Below are positions 23,872-36,975 of a stretch of DNA of 64,000 nt, piece by piece. The notes under the pieces were generated by a model, which did no database searches, was not told where the DNA came from, and saw nothing but the letters and a program-made list of their open reading frames with translations. A program made the translations under genes and the position numbers. The DNA lies in NCBI GenBank assembly GCA_051313645.2, contig JBNRSN020000009.1:182838001-182902000 (forward strand), in the 5' to 3' direction. The DNA is from Centroscyllium fabricii (taxonomy: Eukaryota). Positions within the stretch are counted from its first letter, which is position 1; every line of letters begins with the position of its first letter.

Positions 23872-26800
23872 ATGGAGAGCAGCGCAGTTAAACCAGAGAA
23901 GCTGGACATCAGTCCCCAGGACCTTGCCGCTGCTACCACGTTCGAACACTGGTTCGGCCTCCTGGAGGCCTACATGGACGCAGCCAAGGCTACAACGGAC
24001 AGGAACAAATTGCAGGTCCTCCGGTCGAGGATCTCCAGCAGGGTATTCTCCCTCATCAGAAACGCCTCAACCTACCCAGCTGCTGTGGAGAAGCTAAGGA
24101 AGTGCTACGAGCGCCCGGTACATTCGGTATACGCCAGACATGTGCTTGCGACCAGATCTCAGCTACCGGGTGAGACCAATGAGCAGTTCAAGCAAGCGCT
24201 CCAGGCCCTGGTACGGGTCTGTGGCTGCCAATCCAGAATGGCTGAAGAGGAGGCGAACCTCCTCGTTCGGGACGCTTATGTTACTGGACTGAGGTGTGTG
24301 GAAGCCTGCCAGCGGCTGCTGGAGAAAGACACTCTGTCCCTTGAGGATGCGATTACGATATCCAACTCAGTAGAGGGGGCCCGAAACAAATTACAGGCAT
24401 GCAGCGGCACTAACCCGCACGCCTACGACATATGGGCCGCGCCACAATGGGCCCAGGCCTGGGCAGCACCACAACGGGTCGAGACCCCCACGATGGCGGC
24501 GACAGCCACTAAAGATAAGCGCTGCTACTTCTGCAGCCAGGGACTGCACCCAAGAGCGAGATGTCCGGCCAGGACAGCGACCCGCGAGAGATGCGCTAAG
24601 AAAGGACACTACGCTAAAGCCTGCAGATCAGCTCCAGCAGCGCCTAACCCAAGGTACAACAGTGCAGCCTGTGAGAGCACCGACAGACACCAGGTAAGCT
24701 GCAATAGCAGCGCGATACAGCGACGGTCCGGTGGTAGAAAACAAGCGCCCCCATCCCCCACCCAGATGTGGCAAAGGCCGGCCAAGCGCGACCCCCCAGT
24801 GCGGCCGGCTGCGTGCGAATCACGGGCAATGCCAAACTGACCACCGCGGCTCGCTGCGTGCGAATCACGGGCACCGCCAACCCCGTCACCATGGTCCGCT
24901 GCGTGCGAATCACGGGCGCCGCCAGCACGCTCACAGCGGCCCACCATGTGCGACCCCTCGGCGCCGCCATTTTGTATCCAGGGCCCCACCATGTGCGAGC
25001 CAGGGGCGCCGCCATTTTGCATCCAGGGCCCCACCATGTGCGAGCCAGGGGCGCCGCCATTTTGTATCCAGGGCCCCACCATGTGCGAGCCAGGGGCGCC
25101 GCCATCTTGTGTACAGCCCCGACCAGCAGGGGGCCCACACACACGAAAACGCACGGCTGCGGCGGCCAGACTCAGAGTGAACCAGGACAGGCCACATACC
25201 CTGTCTAACTCTATTATGCCCATTAAGATTAACAGCTATACTGTTAACTGCCTGTTTGACACTGGAAGCACGGACAGCTTCGTACACCCCGATACAGTGC
25301 AGCGCTGCGGACTGCAGGTCCTGCCCACTAGCTACCAAGTCTCCCTAGCTTCTCAGTCCCACACCGCGGACGTCACCAGCTACTGCTCCGTCACGCTCAC
25401 AGTCAAGGGGCGCGTGTACCATAATTTTAAATTGTATACCCTCCAGCAGTTGTGTGCCCCAGCCTTATTAGGTTTGGATTTCCAGTGCCACCTCAAGAGC
25501 GTGACAATGGAGTTCGGCGGGACCTTGCCCCCCCTCACCGTCAGTAGCCGGGACAATCCCTTCCCAAAGCGGAGCCCGGCCTGCGGCCTCTCTACCCTGA
25601 AAATCGACCCCCCCTCGCTGTTCGCCAACCTCGATCCGAAGTGCAAACCCATTGCTACTAAGAGTCGGCGGTACAGTGTGGGGGATCTCAGGTCGGAGGT
25701 CGGGCGTATGCTGAAGGAGGGAATAATTGAAGCCAGCACCAGCCCCTGGCGTGCCCAAGTTGTAGTGGTGAAGTCTGGCGAGAAACAACGGCTGGTGATC
25801 GATTACAGCCAGACTATCAACTGCTACACCGGGCTCGACGCCGACCCCCTTCCCCGCATCTCAGACATGGTCAATCAGATCGCCCAGTACAAGGTGTTCT
25901 CCACGATCGACCTTAAATCAGCGTATCATCAGCTCCCGATTCGGAAATCCGAGCGCCCCTACACCGCCTTCGAGGCGAACGGTCGGCTCTACCACTTCCT
26001 CCGGGTCCCCTTTGGCGTGACCAACGGAGTGTCAGTGTTCCAGCGGGAGATGGACCGTATGGTTGACCAAAATGAGTTGCAGGCCACTTTCCCTTACCTG
26101 GACAACATGACCATCTGCGGCCACGACCAGCAGGACCACGATGCCAATCTGGCCAGATTTCTCGACACGGCGGATAAGCTGGACCTCACGTATAACAAAG
26201 ACAAATGTGTCTTTAATACAGACCGGCTCGCCATCCTCGGATACGTGGTGGAGAACGGGGTCCTCGGCCCCGACCCACAGCGTATGCGACCCCTGCAAGA
26301 ACTGCCCCTACCTCACAATCCCAAAGCCTTGAGGAGATGACTAGGATTTTTTTCTTATTATGCACAATGGGTCCCACAGTTCGCAGATAAGGCTAGACCA
26401 CTCCTCAAGGCTGCCGTCTTCCCCCTTTCTGTAGAAGCCCAAATGGCATTCGCAAGGATAAAGGAAGACATCATCAAGGCGACCATGCTCGCTGTTGATG
26501 AATCCAACCCTTTCCAGGTGGAGAGCGACGCTTCGGACTTCGCCCTTGCTGCCACCCTGAATCAGGCAGGCAGGCCCATAGCGTTTTTCTCCTGCACCCT
26601 ACAGGAACCCGAAACTCGCCACTCTGCAGTGGAAAAGGAGGCCCAGGCCATCGTGGAGGCTGTGCGCTACTGGCGTCATTACCTGGCCGGTAAGCGTTTT
26701 ACCCTGCTCACCGACCAACGGTCGGTAGCGTTTATGTTTAAAAATAAACAACGGGGTAAAATCAAGAATGATAAGATCCTGCGGTGGCTGATCGAACTCT

Positions 26801-28086
26801 CGACTTACGAGTACGACATTCTTTACCGACCAGGCAAACTCAATGAACCCCCGGATGCACTGTCCAGGGGAACGTGCGCCAGTGCCCAGCTAGACCGGCT
26901 GAAGGACCTCCACGACCGCCTTTGCCACCCGGGTGTCACCAGACTCGCCCACTTTGTCAGATCCCGTAGCCTCCCCTACTCCATCACGGAGATCAAGGCT
27001 ATGACCCGAGAGTGCCCTGTCTGTGCCGAGTGCAAACCCCACTTTTTCCGGCCAGACACGGCGCACCTCATTAAGGCCACCCGCCCCTTTGAACGTCTCA
27101 GCGTGGACTTCAAAGGCCCCCTCCCTTCCACCGACCGCAACTCATACTTCCTCACGGTAGTGGATGAGTTCTCCCGCTTCCCCTTCGCCTTCCCCTGCGC
27201 AGATATGACGAGCGCAACGGTGATAAAACACTTCACCACGCTGTTCGCCATTTTCGGTCTCCCCAGCTACATCCATAGCGACCGGGGGTCATCGTTCATG
27301 AGCGATGAACTGCGCCAGTTTCTGCTCCAGAAAGGGGTTGCCACGAGCAGAACGACCAGTTATAACCCCCGGGGGAACGACCAGGTAGAAAGGGAGAATG
27401 GGATCATTTGGAAGGCGGTCACCCTGGCTCTTAAGTCCAGAGGCCTTCCAGTGGCCCATTGGCAGGCAGTCCTCCCAGACGCGCTGCACTCTATACGCTC
27501 GCTTCTGTGTACAGCTACTAACACCACCCCGCATGATCTGATTTTCTCCTTCCCCAGGAAATCGACTTCGGGGACAGCTCTCCCTCCATGGCTGACGACA
27601 CCGGGGCCGGTCTTCCTTAGGAGACATGTCCGGAGCCACAAGACAGACCCCCTGGTGGACAAGGTGCAGCTCCTACACGCAAACCCACATTACGCATTCG
27701 TGCAGTTCCCGGACGGGCGCGAGGACACCGTGTCCATCAGGGACCTGGCTCCCGCAGGAAGCACCACCGCAGAGCCCCTGGTCAGCCAGCAGGCCGCTCA
27801 GCCACTGTATCCAGAGAACCCACCAGGCACACGATGGCCCCTGAGCTTCCCAGAGCCCCAGCAGTGGCCAGTACAAAACTACCACCCGGACGGCGTGGAC
27901 CAGCTGGATCCATCGCCACCAGAAGCCACGGCACCTGATCAGCGGTCACCACCGGCAGACGCGAGTGGTACGAACCAGGAGGCACCACCACCACCACCGG
28001 AACGCCGGCGGTCCTCCAGGCAGACACGACCGCCGGACAGACTGATCGTTAATTGTTCGGCCCATTCACCCACCCCCCGGACTTAA
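23872..28086 (+). pseudogene. Element C single-frame gag-pol interrupted by two premature TGA stops (24838, 26338)
   Basis: ORFs starting at 23872, 24946 and 26443 share one frame; the stops align with CGA and TGC in sister copies; CCHC, LFDTGS, YLDN, RNase H and HHCC/DDE integrase motifs are present. Confidence 0.92.
24805..25110 (+). repeat. Two arrays of ~45-bp tandem repeats in the gag-protease spacer
   Basis: GCTGCGTGCGAATCACGGGC x3, then CCCACCATGTGCGA...GGCGCCGCCATTTTG x4. Confidence 0.9.
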
Positions 28087-28513
28087 AATTTTCAAGAAGG
28101 GGTGAATGTGGTAACCCTATTATGTAATAGTTACCACTATTATTGTGCCAATAATGGGCTGTGCAGATGTAAGGCACAGCCCTATTACCTGTGTAATACT
28201 GTTGGGCATAGCCCTGTAACCTGTGTAATACTGTTGGGAGCCAGGTCAGCCACACCTCTAACTCCTCCCCCAGGTGAGGCCCTTTATAGGTGGAAACTGA
28301 CCGAGGCTCCTCATTCCTGTACAGAAGTTCGTTCCGGAGGGTAGCTCCAAACTTAGCGATTAAAAGCCTTTAGTTACGGTAACTACTCGTCGACTCATTT
28401 AATCGGAGATATTGACGATACGTCAGGGAGATCTACATTGCCAGAAGCACTGCCTTTTGGTTGAGATTACATTAAACCAATGCCTTATCTGCTTAGTCAG
28501 TGTTTGAGGCAGA

Positions 28514-28913
28514 TAGAAACATAGAAACATAGAAACTAGGAGCAGGAGTAGGCCATTCGGCCCTTCGAGCCTGCTCCGCCATTCAATGAGATCATGGCTG
28601 ATCATCCAAACCCAGTACCCTGCCCCTGCCCTCTCCCCACATCCCTATCGAGCCTACATCGACACATATCCCACCCTATCCCCGTAACCCCACATATTCA
28701 ATCCCCCCCAACACTAAGGGTCAATTTATCATGGCCAATGAACCTAACCCGCACATCTTTGGACTGTGGGAGGAAACCGGAGCACCCGGAGGAAACCCAC
28801 GCAGACACGGGGAGAATGTGCAAACTCCACACAGATAGTACCCGAGGCTGGATTTGAACCCGGGTCTCCAGTGCTGTGAGGCAACAGTGCTAACCGCTGT
28901 GCCACCGTGCCAC
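28514..28913 (-). mobile_element. V-SINE
   Basis: Same family as 19938-20332. Confidence 0.9.
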
Positions 28914-29964
28914 CCCTACAAGATCCTATGGTATTGTGCAAAGAACTGTTTACCTGGGGGCCTGGCCAACATTCTTCTCTCGACCAACACCCCAAAAAAT
29001 GTATTAACTGTGTATTTATTTCATTGCAGTTTGTGGGTTGTTGTTGTGGGTAAAATAGCTTCCACTCTTGCCTACATAACGATCGTGGCTGCGCTTCAAA
29101 GCAACTGATTGTACGTGGAGTGATTTGAGATGTCCTGAGTGATGCGATAAGCTGCTGCATGAAGGCAAATTCTTCCTTCCTTGATCCAATGCACCATTGA
29201 TCAGGGCATCTAGTTTGCTGGCTCATGCATCTAATTCATAATTAAATGCATTTCACGATGAATAAACTGATAGGAAATTAGTGGCTTTGTTGGTGGCCAG
29301 TGCAGGCCACATTTCAATAACAAAATTGTGCAAGTTAGATTTCAAAGGCAGAATTTCACTTGTGCCCAGTGAGCTCTGCCCCCTTTCCTCACTTTGTCTG
29401 TATAAATTTTCTCAAACCCTCGGCCTGGCCTGCACAAGTAGGATTCTTCAAATCTTGTATTCTGTTCGAAAAGTTGCTGTGGCAGGTCCACATCCCACTG
29501 TAGAAATCTGTATATAATACTCATGTATAGAATTCTCTCCAACATACTCCTAAAACCCTCCGGACATTCAACCAGGATGTTAGGCACAAATGTAACTGTT
29601 AATGTATCCTTTACTGGTACAGGGCTTTTGGTGGGCTTTTGTGTTCAGTGTTGAGATTGACTTCAGAAGTAAAAGACCTGTTTTTTGATCGTTCCTCCGT
29701 GTGGGGCTCCCTTGTTTTGTCAGGAAATTGTTCTTTCCGACACTATAAAACTTATAGGCCGAGAAATTCCATGCCGTTTTCGACATAATTTTAGTACATA
29801 ATCGGGGCAAGTAACATTTCTTAACAGCAAAATGGGCCATTAATGCCAGTTTTGTGGCCCAAAATTAATTCCCCCCCTCTCTTGAATTCACTTGCACTTT
29901 TTAGCTTGTCCCACAATCTGCCTGCCGAGTCACAAGTGATCTCATTTCAATAAATGATTTGAAG

Positions 29965-30790
29965 AGTACTGCGTGCAGTTCTGGTCACCACATTACAGGA
30001 AAGATGTGATTGCACTAGAGAGGGTACAGAGGAGATTTACAAGGATGTTGTAGAGAATCTTAGCTGTGAGGAAAGACTGGAGAGGCTGGTGTTGTTTTCC
30101 TTGGAACAGAGGAGGCTGAGTGGAGACCTTACTGAGGTGTATAGAATTATGAGGGGCCTAGATAAAGTGGATAGAAAGGACCTATTTCCCTTAGCAGAGG
30201 GGTCAAAAACCAGGGACACAGATTTAAAGTAATTGGTGGAAGGTTTAGAGGGGATTTGAGGGGGAATCTCTTCACCCAGGGGGTTGTGAAGGTCTGGAAC
30301 TCACTGCCTGAAAGAATGGTAGAGGCAGGAACCCTAACCACATTTATAAAGTACTTGGATGTGCACTTGGAATGCTGTTGTAGGAGTCAACGGGCTACCT
30401 ACTCGCTTTTGGAAGTAAAAAGACGCGAGGTGCAGAGCACTGGTAAAACACGTCTTTATTACATTGCTAGGAAGTTCAAACTGAAACAGGAAATCCGCAA
30501 AGCACTCTGGGGCGCCTGGGTCGGTCTGAGTGGCGGTTGCTTAAGCCACTGAGGGACCGAGGCTGGCGAACCGGTTGTCCAATGGGACTGCGGGGGTGGG
30601 ACCGGCCGTTGCATGGGGATTATGCCTGAGCGGGGGAGCCCCAGTGGCTTCCCTGGGTAGTGCCGCTACACTGTAACCTGCAGGGCTACGGACCGAGAGC
30701 TGGGAGGTGGGATTAGGCTGGATAGCTCTTTGTTGGCCGGCGCGGACACGATGGGCTAAAATGGCCTCCTCCCGCGCCATAACTTTCTAT
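29965..30790 (+). mobile_element. CR1 LINE 3' fragment interrupted by a solo LTR
   Basis: EYCVQFWSPH, FTQGVVKVWNSLP motifs; tail TTTCTATGATTCTA. Confidence 0.8.
30379..30670 (-). mobile_element. Solo LTR of an unrelated family
   Basis: TGTAG...CTACA termini, 4-bp TSD CTGT (30375-30378 / 30671-30674), AATAAA on the minus strand. Confidence 0.75.
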
Positions 30791-33359
30791 GATTCTACGG
30801 TAATGAAGGCCAGTGATGCTGCAGCTCCGAGTTTCCCCACCAAGCGCTCGGGGTAAGTCAGACTGAGAATGATCAGGCGCTAGGATCAGCTGAGACGAGT
30901 GCAACTGAGGTGCTTGTGAGCTGGAAGAGGCTGGGGAGCTTCACTCGCCATTTCTGCGGCCGGGAGAAACCTATTTGCAGAGATGTGGGCTTGCTCAGAT
31001 ACGGATTTGCGTCTCAATGGATCCCACAGCGTGAGACCACTTTGCGAATTAGGAGAAGACAGAATTAAATTGGTGCATATGAGCTGGTGTATGCCTCCCA
31101 TATGTTTCCTTTACTGTCACGCCATGCACGGTGGAAATGCAAACCTGATCACATTTTTAAAACATCTCTACTTTCATTAGGAACCTTTGCTCATCTGTAT
31201 GTGTGTAAGTACAGGATACTGCCTTCTGATGCCAACATTGGGAAAGTCTCGAGTTGTCACACTCAAATGTGGGCTTTCAGTTCGTAGTAAAGTAAGCAGC
31301 ATTTGCTGTTGCAGTTTTGTGTGACCTTGGGGACTATCATTAAGTCATGATACTTCCTTGCAGGTCTTTTCGATTTCTGAACCAGTGCTATTGTGTTCAG
31401 CAATGCATGAATCTGTCATCGAACTTGATTTGTGGGCTGTGCTCTGATCACCCGCCCCCCCTCCCCCCCCCGTCACGCCCCGCAAAAATCATCTTGCTTT
31501 TCATGGAGCCTGTCAAGGATTAGTGAGTTCATAATCAGAAGACGTGACCCTGTGAATAGTGTGAGCAGCTATCACTTCAGCCCTCCGATTCCCTCATTGC
31601 ACAGCTGTATATACAATGATTAAGTGGCATGTTAGTTGCTTGAAACGTGTGAGCATTTCAATCGGTACAGGTACAAGTTGGTGAAATTATTAAAGCTGTG
31701 AGGCACAAATCAAGATGCAACCACCAGTTTGATGGACAGTTGCTACTCATGACCAGAACTTTGATACTCATTTCTGATAGAGCGAAATACAAGAGCTATT
31801 CCACAATCTCTGCTTGCAGGAAGTACAGGCCCAAAAATCAGGGGTACTATTGTAGTTCAAAATTCCTGGGAGGCCCAATCCATCAGCACAAGTGGACCAC
31901 CCTAGCTACAAGCTGGAGACCCCAAGGTCCTGGGGACGGGCTAATTTAAATTACCAGTTTGATATCATCAAGCCTGCAAAACTGGCACCTGACCCTTGTA
32001 GGAGGTGGCCTGTGAGGGTCATCGTTGCCTCTGACTACCTTGAGCGGTTCGAAACGCTCCCATGCCCCTGAGGTTCTAGACACTGGACGTAGGTGCAGGT
32101 TTGCGATACACAAATAGAGTGGACAACAGGTCCGGTGCAAGAAAACTGCTTTTATTAAAAATCACCACAAACTTTATAACAGAGAGAAAAATTATGACAA
32201 GTTAACATACAGGACTGAACTTATGAACAAAATTACAATAACTGGGAATGGGGAATATACGGCACAACAAGGGAAAAATCACAGTTATATTTACTCCCCT
32301 TTAACCTGGTCCCACCCCTACTACCTAACTAGATTTGACTATGAGAACTCAGGGATTCATGCTCACCAAGCCATGTTCTGTCACTGCAGTTGTGAGTTTG
32401 GCGTTTGCTTCTTCTTGTCCCTAGTGGTCTGCCGCTGTCACGTGGTCTCTCTCCCTCAGGAACTACGCGATATCTGTTGCTGATTGATTACTCTTTCCTG
32501 CTTTGCTTGGTGAAAATAGTGTCTTTTACCCAGCCCTTTAAATTACATACAGAGACTATGGGTTTCGTTTTCTGGCCTTGTTGGTACTGCTTGTCCTCCT
32601 GCCCAGATGCTTCGCTGACTTCTTGTTGTGTTCTGTCTTCTCGTGTTCCGAATCTCCTGTCTCTGCCTGCATTTGGCTCAGATAATTATACAAATTGTGT
32701 ACCCCTTATCTACCCGCCAAATCAAACGAAAACTATTGTCCAAATTGTGGCGGGCTTGCAGAAGCAATTATGGCCATTAACCTTAATGAGTTTCAGGATG
32801 GTGGTCCCCTCCCTTAATGGCCCTGTCATTTTGGGCGCATTGTTCTGGGAGGTGTCAACTGTCCAGTATCGATGTTTGAATTGTTCTGAAGTTTGAAAAG
32901 TTTTAGTTATGTAAAAGTTTGAGTTACTGGTATCTGCCTTAATGGCCAAGTTAACGAGGGGTGCTCATTTATGCACCAGCTTTAATCGTTACTAAGTTTG
33001 CGAGATCAAGCCATCTCCAGAGCCTGTCGGTTTTGAAGTGTATTGAACTCCCTGCTGTCCGTCTGGTATGCAAGACTGGCTTTCTGGTTTCAGGTATGTC
33101 ACAGTCCATGCCCCTTGACCTTGGCCACGGGCCTGTTTTCTGTTTTAAAACTCGCAGCCTTTTGCTGGAAGTCCTTTCCTTCGTACAGTTTTTATTATTA
33201 ATAACTGCGAGGGGCGTGGGAATTTTGAGAATCCTACACCCTATGCTCTCGGATTGACTAGCTTTCTCTTGGGAACTTCTGGAGCCTTTACTGAATCCGG
33301 AATGATAATCACAACTGATGGGAGCTGATGTGATTTCCACTGAGGCCTATGGAGGTTGT

Positions 33360-35280
33360 AACAACAGCAACCTGCATTTATGTAGCGCCTTTAATGGCCC
33401 AAGGTGCTTCACAGAGGCATCATCAGACAAAAATTGAATGCTGAGCCAATGAAGGAGACATTCGGACATGGGTCAAAGAGTTGGGTATTAAGGAGGAGAG
33501 GTGGAAAGGTTTAGGGAGTAAATTCCAGAACATGGGGCCTCAATGGATGAGCAAAGGGAGCGGAATGCACAAGTGGCCAAAGTCAAAAGAACAGAAAGTT
33601 TAGGGGGTTATACAGCTGGAGGAGGTTACATAGATCGGGAGGGAAAGGCCAAGAACCAATTTAAACACAAGGATGAAAATTTTAAACTTGAGGTATTGGT
33701 GGACCGGGAGCCAATGTCGGTCAACGAGAACAAGAATGATGGATGAGCAGGCAGCAGATCTTTTTGATGAGTTGAGGGAGGGTGGAGGATGGGAGGTTGA
33801 CCAGGACATCCTTGAACTAGTTGAGTCTGGAGATGACACATGCATGGGTAGAGTTTCAGCATCAGATGGGGTTAGGCAGGGATGGAGAGGTCAATGTTAC
33901 AGAGATGAAATTAGACATGTCTGGTGTGCAGGTGAGTGATGCGTGCAAGTGTGGAGAGGTAAGTGTGTGAGGTGAGTGTAAAGTGTTTTAATAAGTTTTA
34001 CTTCCCTTTACTTCTTCCTGCAGGCTTCATCCCTTCATATCTTGGGAGCCCCTCATCTCACCGGCACAGAAAGCAGAACGGCCGCTGAACTGTCAAAAGT
34101 TGCAGCCTTCTGCTTTCTGCTCAGAAGAGACCTCTAACTGAGTCTGAGTGGAAGGGGTTAAATAGGATGCCAAGGTCATGAAGTATCTGGTTCAACTTGA
34201 GACAATGATCAGGGAGGGGAATGGAATTGTTGACAGCTTTACCAGTGCTATTGTGTTCAGCAATGCATGAATCTGTCATTTCATCTGTCAAAAGCTCTTG
34301 ACAGATGAAACGTCACTTGCTGACGTTCTCTGTAACCGCCTTTCCCTTAATTGGCCTGCTCAACCCGCTGGGTGGGCTTAACAAGTTCAATCATGGGAAA
34401 ATAGCGTGGGTTGGCCAGAAGTTGCTGGAGGCGGGACTGAAACCCGACAAGTGGGAGTCCCGCCTCCAAAAGCTCCCCATTGGCAAAATCCAGCCCGATA
34501 GCTTTGGTCTTCTTGATGTTTAACTGGAGGAAATAACGGCTCACCCAAGACTGGATGTAGTGTGACGCGAGGCAGTGGAGCGGTCAAGAGGTGGTGAAGA
34601 GATAGAGCTGGGTATTGTCAGTACACATGTTTCAGTGACGCCATATATGCAGCTGATATAATAAAGGGGCCGCATGCAGATAAGGAAGAGAAGGGGGCCA
34701 TGGATAGACCCTTGGGGGACCCCTGAGGTAAAGGTGCAAACGTGGGGAAGAAAAGCCATTTAAAATTCTGTCTATGATTGGATGGGTTAGGCTAAACCAA
34801 GTGAGGGCATTCCCACTGAGCTGAACAATGGAGGAGAGGCATTGGAGGAAATGTCGTTGACTGTGTCAAAGGCTGCAAAGGTACTGAAGCAGACAAAGTA
34901 GGATAATGCACCACAGTCACAGTCACAGAGAATGTTATTTGTGACTTTGTCTTAGGCCATTTCTGTGCTGTGGCTGGGTGGAAAATTGATTCGAGAGATA
35001 TGGAGTTGTGGGAAAGGTAGATATGGACTTGGGAGGTGACAACATGTTTAAAAACTGTGGAAAGAAAAGGGAGGTCGGTAATAGGGCAGTAGTTTGAGGA
35101 CAAAGGAGCCAGGGTGGGTTTTTTGAAAAGGGAGGTAATAATGACGATTTTGAAATGGCGAGGAGGGGGAACTGTTTACAATATCAGCTAGTATGGGGGC
35201 CAGGAAGGGAAGTTGGGTGGTCAGCAATTTACTGGGAATTGGGTCAAGAAAATAGGAGGTGGATAAAAAGCTGATCATGA
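33360..35280 (-). mobile_element. Old L2-clade LINE fragment, interrupted by a MITE-like insert at about 33930-34497
   Basis: Decayed NYCPITDLPFLS, SGVPQGSIHGPLLF, LQLNIKKTKAI motifs; L2-type tail near 33360-33390. Confidence 0.7.
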
Positions 35281-35977
35281 GCTCCTGCCGTTAAATTCGG
35301 CAGGACCCCCCGTCCCTGGCCTCTTTGGCCGCTTTTGGCCTCCATCACTGCATCTCCGTAAATATTGGGGCCCATGATCTCCTCACATTTGTTGTTGGAG
35401 GTGGGTTTGGAAGTGGCAGGAGAGAGCGGTTTAAGGGGATGTAAGTGCGGTGGATTGGAACCCCCGTCTGCTCACGCCCAACGCAAAAAACCCTGTCCAA
35501 ATTCCAGCAGGGTTGCATAGCTGGCACCTGCTCTGGTGCAACATTGGTGGCCCAGCCCACGCTGGTGTGCCCTTTTAAAGCACAGCAAAGTTCTCCAGAG
35601 GCCCAAACGGACCGAAGAATGTTTTTTGAAAAATCTCTGTTGCTCCCGCTGGAGCCACTCCAACTAGAAGAGGAATTTGACCGATTACTTTACTCTAGTG
35701 AAGGTTTGGAGCATTTGGATTGTCTGAAAGGGACTCGGGTCAGCTTGCGACTGGTATGAGTTCCATTCAAGCCTTTCAATGACAAAAACGAAGGAATTTC
35801 CTGGCAAAGCATGGGAATTCTACTGACACGCTCCCTTGACATGGATGAGGAAGGCGGAAGATCTTCCCACAACCTTCCACCTAGAATTCAAAAGTCTGGT
35901 TCAACTGGATGTAACTTATGTCCTCTCCACTACAGAAATTTCAAGGCCAATGATTTGCATTGTGTATCTGAGATTAA

Positions 35978-36710
35978 AGGGGAAAAATTAAGTTGCATCC
36001 CCTTTGGGGTGCTAACTTCATGCTACTTTTAGCACCCTGAAAAGGTTAGCGCCCCCCACGCCATAAATTGGGTGGTAGCACGCCAAGCTGGAGGTGGCGT
36101 GCTACTGGAAGTGCTCCCCTTCCACTTAGAGCGCTACCATTCAATATCGTGACACTACGTGCAGCAGCACCACGCGCACTGGCATCTAGCGCCGTGGTAT
36201 TACAGGCCTCCCTCCCCTGATTAAAGGGGAGGATCCCAGCACAGCGTGCACTGGGTCCCTGCTGGATCACCAGGGAACAGGGTGCCGGGAAAAGAGCCAG
36301 GCACCCCGCTGATCACCGGGCTGACCGATCGCGGCCGGCATCCCACATGAGCGGGTGAAAGAAGGCAGGTGCTTGCAGGCGGCCCAAAAAGCAATGGGTG
36401 TCTGGCAACTGTCCTTTAAGTTGTGCCACCGCGGCCGCAAACACAGCTTCCTGACCCTGTTGGACATATCGTCTGGCGGTGGGTTAAGGGGCATGAGCAA
36501 AGTTTGCGGCCAGGGCGCGAGCGGGGAGCTGCGCATGGCGATAATGTCATCGCCAGAGGTGCAGCGCCACGGGGCGCTACCGAATACTGCCGCCGCTAAT
36601 CTCCCACTTAAATTTGCGTGTGGTGTTCACGGTGCTGCGCCCGGGTTCTAGGTGCTTTGCGCACCAAGGGGGTGCTAACGGGAGGCACAAAGCAACCCAA
36701 TTTTTCCCCC
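35978..36710. mobile_element. GC-rich MITE (family also at 43385-44103 and 57962-58987)
   Basis: Ends GGGGAAAAATT..GTTGC / GCAACCCAATTTTTCCCCC; repeated TAGCGCC motifs. Confidence 0.7.
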
Positions 36711-36975
36711 GAAGACTTTTAAACCCAACAATGTAGTAAACATAGGGGTAAATTTTGTCTTCACTGCCTGAGGAGTAATCTGTACTTATCTCAAACGCAT
36801 AACACAGTGTAATTATTCATGGAAAGCTTTTGTCAAAATCACAGTTGAATCGCTGTACCATTCAGAGTTTTTCGGTCCACCACAATTTCTGTTCACATGT
36901 AAACCTCCAGAGCCTTTGTTAGTTCATACCATAGAGATAGTACAATAAGGATAGAAGCTGAATGCATGTATTAAT

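Larger units (their letters stand above)
23527..28425 (+). mobile_element. Near-full-length Ty3/Gypsy LTR retrotransposon 'C'
   Basis: LTRs at 23527-23847 and 28107-28425 (TG...CA, few differences); TSD GGGAG; PPT AAGAAGGGGTGAA at 28094-28106. Confidence 0.96.
23420..29170 (+). mobile_element. Decayed Deu-type SINE fragmented by element C and a V-SINE (pieces about 23420-23526, 28426-28510, 28920-29170)
   Basis: The pieces align in order to the intact copy at 38250-38690. Confidence 0.55.

Noticed and set aside
24838-24840. TGA between gag and pol of element C as a programmed readthrough site
   Set aside because: Sister copies D and E have CGA at the aligned position, so it is most likely a CpG transition.
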